Translations under genes and position numbers: made by a program
The notes under the pieces: generated by a model
The model's database searches: none
What the model was told of the DNA's origin: nothing
Seen by the model: the letters and a program-made list of their open reading frames with translations, nothing else
In this document: piece after piece, positions 57,849 through 64,000 of the stretch
Layout of the letters: each line of letters begins with the position of its first letter
Numbering within the stretch: the stretch's first letter is position 1
NCBI GenBank assembly: GCA_965197725.1
Contig: CBDANQ010000058.1
Span: 84,496-148,495 of the forward strand
Reading direction: 5' to 3'
DNA from: Longimicrobiales bacterium
GTDB taxonomy: Bacteria > Gemmatimonadota > Gemmatimonadetes > Longimicrobiales > Gaopeijiaceae
DNA: 64,000 nucleotides

Positions 57849-58804
57849 GAAGCTGTCCCAACCGTAGTTGAAGGTCCCTGATAGGGGAGAAAGAAAAGTG
57901 GTGGCTCCGGGGGTCCCGGGCCGATAGGCTCGGGTAGGCAAAAACCCCAACACGGAGCCACCACGATGAAGAGAACGTACGAGGTAAGGGATCGGGCGGA
58001 CAAGCGCGCGATCAGGGAGTTCCTGAAGCGGGAGGGGCAGTTTCTGCTTCCGATGCTTGAGCTCGTGGAGCAGACGGAGGTCGCGATCGACGAAGTCATC
58101 CAGGTGATGGGACGAGCGACGATCGAAGCGGTGCTGGAGATGAGCGCCGAGGGTGTGGCAGGCGTGAAGCAGGCAGGTCGGTCACGAGCGGAAGACGACA
58201 CGGTGTGGTATGGCCGGCAGGGTGGTGTGGTTTACCTGTCGGACCGGAAGGTGCGTGTGGAGCGGCCACGGCTCAGGCGCCGGGGCGCCGGGGAGGGTGG
58301 CGAGGTCGAGGTGCCGGCGTACGCAGCGATGCGGAGACCGGGCGCCGTGGTGAAGGCGGCGTTCCGGGCGGCGATGAAGCTGGACGCGAAGCAGGGCGAG
58401 CAGAAGCTCGAGCAGCTCGCCCGATGGCTCGAGCGCGACCACCCCTCGGCCGCAGCCAGCTTGCGCGAAGGCCTCAGCGAGATGTTCACCATAAACCGGC
58501 TCGGCCTCCCACCGCGGCTGAGGAAGTGCCTGGGCTCGACCAACCTGATCGACAGCACCCACTCGGGCGTAAGACGGAAGACCCGCAGGGTGACTAACTG
58601 GAAGAACGGAGCGATGGCCTTGCGCTGGGCTGCGGCCTCGTTCGTGGAAACCGAGAAGAGCTACCGGAGGATCATCGGCTACGACCAGCTCTGGATGCTC
58701 AGGGCCCACCTCGACGACCATGAACCGGTTGCCGAAATGAGAAAGACAGGCTAACCAAGAGACTCTCCGGCGCCACCACCTTCAACTGTCAGCGGGACAC
58801 CATC
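57849..58804 (+). mobile_element. Internally deleted IS256-family element, 956 bp
   Basis: IRs GAAGCTGTCCC-N6-AGTTGAAGGT / GATGGTGTCCC-N6-AGTTGAAGGT (reverse complement); 8-bp direct repeat GATCCGAG at 57841-57848 and 58805-58812. Confidence 0.9.
57966..58754 (+). pseudogene. IS256 (mutator) transposase with in-frame core deletion
   Basis: N-terminal part (RKVRVERPRLR...EVPAY) fused to C-terminal part (SLREGLSEMFT, STNLIDS, RRVTNW, YRRIIGY); only 262 aa. Confidence 0.85.
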
Positions 58805-58894
58805 GATCCGAGCGCCGACGTGCCTCGGGTCACGGGCCTCGGGCCTCGTAGAGTTCGCTAGCAGCGGCGCAGTCGCCCAGAGTATACTGGATAC

Positions 58895-60202
58895 ATGACC
58901 GCTCACCGCTCGTTGTACGTTACCGTCACCGCGCTCGTGCTCACGTCCTGTGCGAGCGGCGGCGGTCTTCCTCCGGCGCCCAGCCCGGACGAAATTCCGA
59001 CCCTTGAGGCGCAGATCGACGCAGACGCGTCCGACGTGGACGCGGGCCTTCGTCTCGCGGCCGCGTATCGCGAAGCTGGTCGCGGTGCTGACGCGCGCAC
59101 GCTCGTCGGCACCCAGCTCGACCTGTTTCCCGATGATCCGGGGCTGATGGTGATGGCCGGCCTGCTCGATGAGGACGCGGGCGACTTCTCCAGCGCCCGC
59201 CTGCGCTACGAGGCCTTCCTGATCGGCGGCCCTGTGGGCGCGCTACGCGATGAGATCGAATGGCGCCTCGATAACGTGCGCGCCGAAGAGCTGCGCGCTG
59301 ACATCCGCGTCTCACTCGCTCGCGAAGCCGAGCTCCGGCGAACGACCCCGGACCCGGGGACCGTCGGCATCTTCCCCTTCATGTACGAGGGAGAAGACCC
59401 CTCCTGGCAGCCTTTGGGCGTCGCGCTCGCGGAGCTCCTGATCACGGACCTCGGCATCACTGGTCGCCTTGCCGTGCTCGAACGTGTGAAGGTACAAGTA
59501 CTGCTTGACGAACTCGCGCTCGCCCAAGCCGCGTTCGTGGACCCGGCGACCGCAGCTCGAAGCGGACGATTGCTCGGCTCCGGGCACGTCGTCCAGGGCC
59601 GGTACCGGATCGAGGGAGGCATCCGGATCGCGGTGGACGCGGCGATCGTGGAAGTCGGCCCTCCGGGCTCGGAAAGGGTGGAGCCGATCGCGGTCGAGGA
59701 CGCTATCGAGCGCCTCTTCGACATGGAGAAGCAGCTCGCGCTCGACCTGTACGCGCAGTTGGGCGTGGAGTTGACACCAGCGGAGCGCGCACGAATCAAC
59801 GAGAGGCAAACGGAGAGCGTTCAGGCTCTGCTCACGTTTGGCCGGGGTCTCATCGCGTCCGACGCCGGCGACTTCCGGCAAGCCGAGGTCTACTTCGCGG
59901 AGGCGTCCTCGCTCGACCCGTCGTTCGCGCTCGCGCAGTCGCGTCAGCAGATCGTGGCTCGAGCCACCGGTGTCCGCAGCGCGCGGGCGACTCGGCAGCT
60001 ATCCGCCCAGGCGTCCAGGCTCGCCAGGCAGCGAGCAGCGGTCCAAGCGATCCGGAACGCTCCAGCGTCGGTCCGCCAGCAGCTTCTGCAGAGGCTCGGT
60101 CAACGCCAGCGCGCAGTGCTCGCCGAGGTCCTTGGCCAAGACCGCGTCGGTACGACGATCCTGCTCGAGCTCGTATTTCGGCGGCCAGGAGGTGAACAGT
60201 GA
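58895..60202 (+). CDS. Lipoprotein with TPR-like region and CsgG/TolB-N-like domain
   Basis: Lipobox LTSC; VGIFPF, LITDL, VLERVKVQVLLDEL, VDPATAARSGRLLG, LFDMEKQLA. Confidence 0.75.
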   Translation: MTAHRSLYVTVTALVLTSCASGGGLPPAPSPDEIPTLEAQIDADASDVDAGLRLAAAYREAGRGADARTLVGTQLDLFPDDPGLMVMAGLLDEDAGDFSSARLRYEAFLIGGPVGALRDEIEWRLDNVRAEELRADIRVSLAREAELRRTTPDPGTVGIFPFMYEGEDPSWQPLGVALAELLITDLGITGRLAVLERVKVQVLLDELALAQAAFVDPATAARSGRLLGSGHVVQGRYRIEGGIRIAVDAAIVEVGPPGSERVEPIAVEDAIERLFDMEKQLALDLYAQLGVELTPAERARINERQTESVQALLTFGRGLIASDAGDFRQAEVYFAEASSLDPSFALAQSRQQIVARATGVRSARATRQLSAQASRLARQRAAVQAIRNAPASVRQQLLQRLGQRQRAVLAEVLGQDRVGTTILLELVFRRPGGEQ

Positions 60203-61351
60203 GCGCCGGACGTCGCACGCGCTGGGCGGTCGGAGTACTGGTCGCCCTCGCCGGAGCCGCGCCCCAGTTGGTTGGCGCTCAAGCCGTGGGAAGCGGGGGG
60301 GCTACTCCAGTCGTATCGCTTCGATGATGCGAATGCCGCCGGACTCAGCGAAGTTACTCTGCTCTCGACTCCGTTCGCAGTGTCGCTACCGGTCGGCGGC
60401 CGCGTGAGCATTCAGGCGGCCGGAGCCTTTGCGGATGCTCGAGCGCTCGGGCCAGATGGCTCTGAAGCGACGCTGTCCGGACTGACCGACACCGAGGTCG
60501 GAATCGCACTAGCGCTCGGAGTAGACCGGGTCCTGCTCACGGCTGGTGCCGCGTTGCCTACCGGGCAAAGCACGCACTCGCTCACGGAAGCCGCTGTCGC
60601 GAGCGTGGTGGCCGCCGAGCTTATCCCCTTCGCGGTGACCAACTGGGGAAGCGGAGGCGGAGCCGGGGGCGACATGGCCGTCGCTTTCCAGTCTGGCCCA
60701 TGGGGTATCGGATTCTCCGGCGGGTACAGGGCAGCGAACGAATATGAGCCGCTCACGGGAGAGACCTTCGCGTATCGACCCCGTAACCAGCTTCGATTCC
60801 GTTTGGCGTTGGACCGCGACGTCGGGGGGTCCGGCACGTTTTCGGTTCTGCTCGGGATGCAGCGCTTCACCGAAGATCAGTTGAGCGGCAGCAATCTCTT
60901 TCGCTCCGGAAACCGGATCGAAGGCGTGCTCAGCTACGCCTTCGCGGTCGGTCTCCGCAGCAGCGCGCTACTCTACGGCGGCGCATATCACAGGGCGAAT
61001 GGCGCCCTTCTAGTCGATGAATCGATCCTCGAGGGCGCCGTCGATTCTCCGTCGCAACAGCTCTTCACCGGCGGGCTCGATCTCCGCGTACCGGTCGGCC
61101 GTAAAGCGACGATCCTTCCCGGCTTCGACATGCGAGTCTTTCGAAGCGCGGACGGCATCGGGCAGGGTTGGGTCGGCACCGCAGGCCTGACGTTGGACCT
61201 GATCTTGTCCGGCCAACGTTTCAGACGCCGTGCGGCGCTCGCGCCAACGGCGCGCTACCGCCTAGGCCACGCGATAGCGGAGGAGGGATCCGAGTCGGGC
61301 CTGACCGGGTGGGAAGTCGGGGTCATGCTGCGGGTGGAGACAGGACGATGA
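60199..61351 (+). CDS. Probable outer-membrane beta-barrel protein, frameshifted at a G7 run
   Basis: A GTGA-coupled start gives a signal peptide ending GAQA in one frame; the body (GGLLQSYRFDD...) is in the +1 frame after G7 at 60295-60301. Confidence 0.65.
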
Positions 61352-62049
61352 GCGCCCGCGCACTGCTGGTCCGGATTTGGGCGATCACGTTCGTCGCGAC
61401 CACCGTGTCGGCTTGCGAGGCCCTGCTCACGGACCCGGCGCCCGCGACCCCGGACGTCGACGTGTCCTTTACTTTCGAGGGGGAGGCCGCGGGGGGAGTG
61501 GCCGAGGCATTCGATCGGGTCAACCGCGTCTACCTGCTCTTCACGAGGGCCGACAGCGCGCAACGTGATACCGTCATCCGCGTCACCACTGAAGACGGTG
61601 TCGCTCGCGTGCGCCTCAAGCTAGACACCAGGGAGCGCATCCCCGCCCTCGGCGTTTATGCGGAGCTGCGGGCAAACACGGCGGCGCTGTTCAAGGGCAG
61701 CCGCGTCATTCGTATCGAGATCGGCGCGCCTACTTCGGCGGAGATCGCGCTCAGTCCGGTCGCCGCGTTCGTCCAGCCGGACCGCCAGCTGCTCACGCTT
61801 CAGAGCATCGGCGACACGATCCGGCTCTCCTCGGCAGTCCTCTTCGCGTCGCGCGACACGATACCCGGGCTGTCCGGTGTGTGGGCAGCGGAGGATGCGT
61901 CGATCGTCGCGGTGACTCCTGCGGGCCTGGCGCTCGCGAGACATGTGGGCCAGACACGCTTGCTATTGAGGTATGGCACGCTGACCGACACGATCAACGC
62001 TCGCGTTCTCAGAGAGCGCCCGCCTGACCGAACCGACGCCCGTCGATGA
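61348..62049 (+). CDS. Hypothetical lipoprotein with C-terminal Ig-like (Big_2-like) domain
   Basis: ATGA overlap; lipobox VSAC; WAAEDASIVAVTPAGLALARHVG. Confidence 0.65.
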   Translation: MSARALLVRIWAITFVATTVSACEALLTDPAPATPDVDVSFTFEGEAAGGVAEAFDRVNRVYLLFTRADSAQRDTVIRVTTEDGVARVRLKLDTRERIPALGVYAELRANTAALFKGSRVIRIEIGAPTSAEIALSPVAAFVQPDRQLLTLQSIGDTIRLSSAVLFASRDTIPGLSGVWAAEDASIVAVTPAGLALARHVGQTRLLLRYGTLTDTINARVLRERPPDRTDARR

Positions 62050-63635
62050 CCCACAGCGAGTATCTCCAACATGACGCGACCGCGCTCGCCGAACGCGTGC
62101 GCGCGGGCGACGTCACCGCGACTGAGCTTCTGGAGATCGCGCTCGCGCGCATCGACTCACTGAATCCGAAGCTGAACGCCGTGGTGCGCCTGATGGGCGA
62201 CGCGAGAGATGCGGCCGCGCGCGGGGAAGTCTCCGGCGTGTTCGGTGGAGTGCCCTTCCTCGCCAAGGACCTGGTGAGTTCATACGCGGGGCATCCGACT
62301 TCGGGAGGCAGCCGCTTGCTGAAGGACTTCGTCATCGACCACGACACGGAGCTCGCGAGCCGCGTGCGCGAGACCGGAGTCACCGTCGCCGGCAAGACGA
62401 ACCTACCCGAGTGGGGCCTGATGCCGTACACGGAGTCCGAGCTGTGGGGCCCGTGCCGGAACCCGTGGGATACCGCACGAACTCCTGGCGGCTCGAGCGG
62501 CGGCTCGGCAGCCGCTGTAGCGGCCGGAATCGTCCCGATGGCGGGCGGCGGTGACGGAGGCGGCTCGATCCGAATCCCCGCGTCGTGCTGCGGGCTCTTC
62601 GGCCTCAAGCCCACTAGAGGCCGCACCCCTACCGGACCCGACTACGGGCAACTCTGGAGGGGCGCGGTCGTCGAACACGTGCTCACCCGGTCGGTGCGGG
62701 ACAGCGCAGCGATGCTCGACGCCACCCACGGCCCAGACGCGGGCGCCCCGTACGAGATTCCACCACCCGAGCGTCCGTTCTCTTCCGAGGTTGGGCGCGA
62801 TCCGGGTGGTCTGCGCATCGCGTGGACGACCGAGCCGACCGTAGGCTCCTCCGTGGACGCCGAGTGTATCGCGGCGGTCGAGCAGGCGGTCGTTCTGTTG
62901 GAGGAGCTCGGCCACGAGCTCATCCCGGCCGCTCCTTCCGTCGACGGGCCTGCGTTCGCCCGCGCGTTCCTGGTAATGGTCGCGGCCGAATTGGGTGCCG
63001 ACCTCGCCGAGGCCGAGCTGGTGCTGGGGCGGAAGCCGAAGCGCGCCCAGCTCGAGCCGCTCACTTGGGCACTCGGCCTGGTCTCGAACGCGCTCTCGGC
63101 CCGCGAATTCGCGACGGCGCTTCGCGTCCAGGAACGCGTCGCGCGAGACGTCGGCCGCTTCTTCGTCGACTACGACGCACTGCTCACTCCGACCCTCTCT
63201 ACACCGCCTCCAGAGATCGGGGAGTTGGCACCGTCATCCGCAGAGCAGACGCAGTTGCAGATCCTGGGTAGGGTGGGGTCCCCTCAGTTGATCAAGACGC
63301 TCGGACTTTTGGACGAGATGGCCAAAGAGGCCTTCGAATTCACGCCCTGGGCGCCGATCTACAACGTCACGGGGCAGCCAGCGATGTCTGTTCCGCTCTG
63401 CAGCAACCGAGCCGGGCTCCCCATCGGCGTGCACTTCGCCGCCCGTTTCGGGGACGAGGCCTCGCTGCTCAGGCTGGCCGGCCAACTCGAGCGGGCACGG
63501 CCCTGGTTCGACCGTCTGCCCGAGTTGGCCACCAGCTATAGTGTCGACAGACCTACCGGCCCTGCAGGCCCGGTGTCAGGCGGAGGAAGCCCAGAATCGA
63601 TCGAGCTACCTCGTCCGTTGTACCGGGCGACATGA
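62046..63635 (+). CDS. Amidase-signature family protein
   Basis: GVPFLAKD, GKTN, PGGSSGGS, DGGGSIRIPAS, GLKPTRGR, NVTGQPAMSVP. Confidence 0.93.
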   Translation: MTHSEYLQHDATALAERVRAGDVTATELLEIALARIDSLNPKLNAVVRLMGDARDAAARGEVSGVFGGVPFLAKDLVSSYAGHPTSGGSRLLKDFVIDHDTELASRVRETGVTVAGKTNLPEWGLMPYTESELWGPCRNPWDTARTPGGSSGGSAAAVAAGIVPMAGGGDGGGSIRIPASCCGLFGLKPTRGRTPTGPDYGQLWRGAVVEHVLTRSVRDSAAMLDATHGPDAGAPYEIPPPERPFSSEVGRDPGGLRIAWTTEPTVGSSVDAECIAAVEQAVVLLEELGHELIPAAPSVDGPAFARAFLVMVAAELGADLAEAELVLGRKPKRAQLEPLTWALGLVSNALSAREFATALRVQERVARDVGRFFVDYDALLTPTLSTPPPEIGELAPSSAEQTQLQILGRVGSPQLIKTLGLLDEMAKEAFEFTPWAPIYNVTGQPAMSVPLCSNRAGLPIGVHFAARFGDEASLLRLAGQLERARPWFDRLPELATSYSVDRPTGPAGPVSGGGSPESIELPRPLYRAT

Positions 63636-63999
63636 TGTCTCCCGCGATCACGTGCCGCGCCGGGTCCTCGGACCCCGAGATCTCTAGCAGTTGCTTGCGC
63701 GAGCTCCCGAGCCGCCCGAACGCGAGTCGGGTCTCTTCCGGATCGACCACGGCGTCCTCCCGGGAGTAAGCGACAAGGGTCGGCACCGTTACGCCGTCGA
63801 GTGGCATCGTGCGGACGTGCTCGACCAGCGCCATCATCGGGAGCAAGGCCGACGTCGGATAGCATTCGGTCCAGTGCAGCTCGTGCTCCGCGTTCTCCGG
63901 CTCGAAGCACCGCTCCGCGCCGACGAGCAGAGTGGCGACCTGACCACCCCACGGCCAGAGCAGAATGCGCGACGATGTGTCCTGTGGATGGAAGTTCGG
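63553..63999 (-). CDS. Alpha/beta hydrolase, C-terminal part (runs off the window)
   Basis: Open frame from the window end: PNFHPQD...WPWG...PTLVAYSREDAVVDP...HVIAGD. Confidence 0.75.
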   Translation of the reverse strand, partial: PNFHPQDTSSRILLWPWGGQVATLLVGAERCFEPENAEHELHWTECYPTSALLPMMALVEHVRTMPLDGVTVPTLVAYSREDAVVDPEETRLAFGRLGSSRKQLLEISGSEDPARHVIAGDIMSPGTTDEVARSILGFLRLTPGLQGR

Positions 64000-64000
64000 A

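Noticed and set aside
1..64000. tRNA, rRNA, riboswitch, prophage or defence genes
   Set aside because: None recognised by eye; a covariance-model scan would be needed to exclude small RNAs

Overview
GC-rich bacterial DNA whose gene families (SusC/SusD pairs, DUF1592/DUF1552/ankyrin operons, a 'MDPxTRLNAALEGRY' kinase start, 'IPWLRVFVEG' stubs) suggest a Gemmatimonadota-like genome; this taxonomy is an inference. The left end holds ku plus a MerR-HTH/TPR gene, a CTAG-targeting IS, a DinB gene and a POT peptide transporter. The middle (about 10-50 kb) is a duplicated, mostly exported or periplasmic uptake-and-oxidation island. It contains a signal-peptide HpcH aldolase, three PAL-like NHL propellers, pyc, two divergent SusC/SusD loci, two dihaem DUF1592 genes, DUF1552, two ankyrin-CxxC genes, a cytochrome c/PHM-type copper monooxygenase/TPR lipoprotein and two tandem PQQ-type proteins. 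The right end has an SDR, a patch of gene stubs and small lipoproteins, a CBM9/DUF5916 protein, an ALDH, an internally deleted IS256, a CsgG-like operon, an amidase and a partial alpha/beta hydrolase. The most notable signals are: (1) both halves of a PAM-like (PHM + PAL) chemistry with their metal ligands intact in one island; (2) paralog pairs whose differences cluster in probable substrate-pocket segments; (3) many collapsed gene relics (promoter or start joined to a distant stub) and 11-18 bp tandem duplications. No rRNA, tRNA or CRISPR array was recognised. Family assignments come from motif recognition by eye, not database searches.
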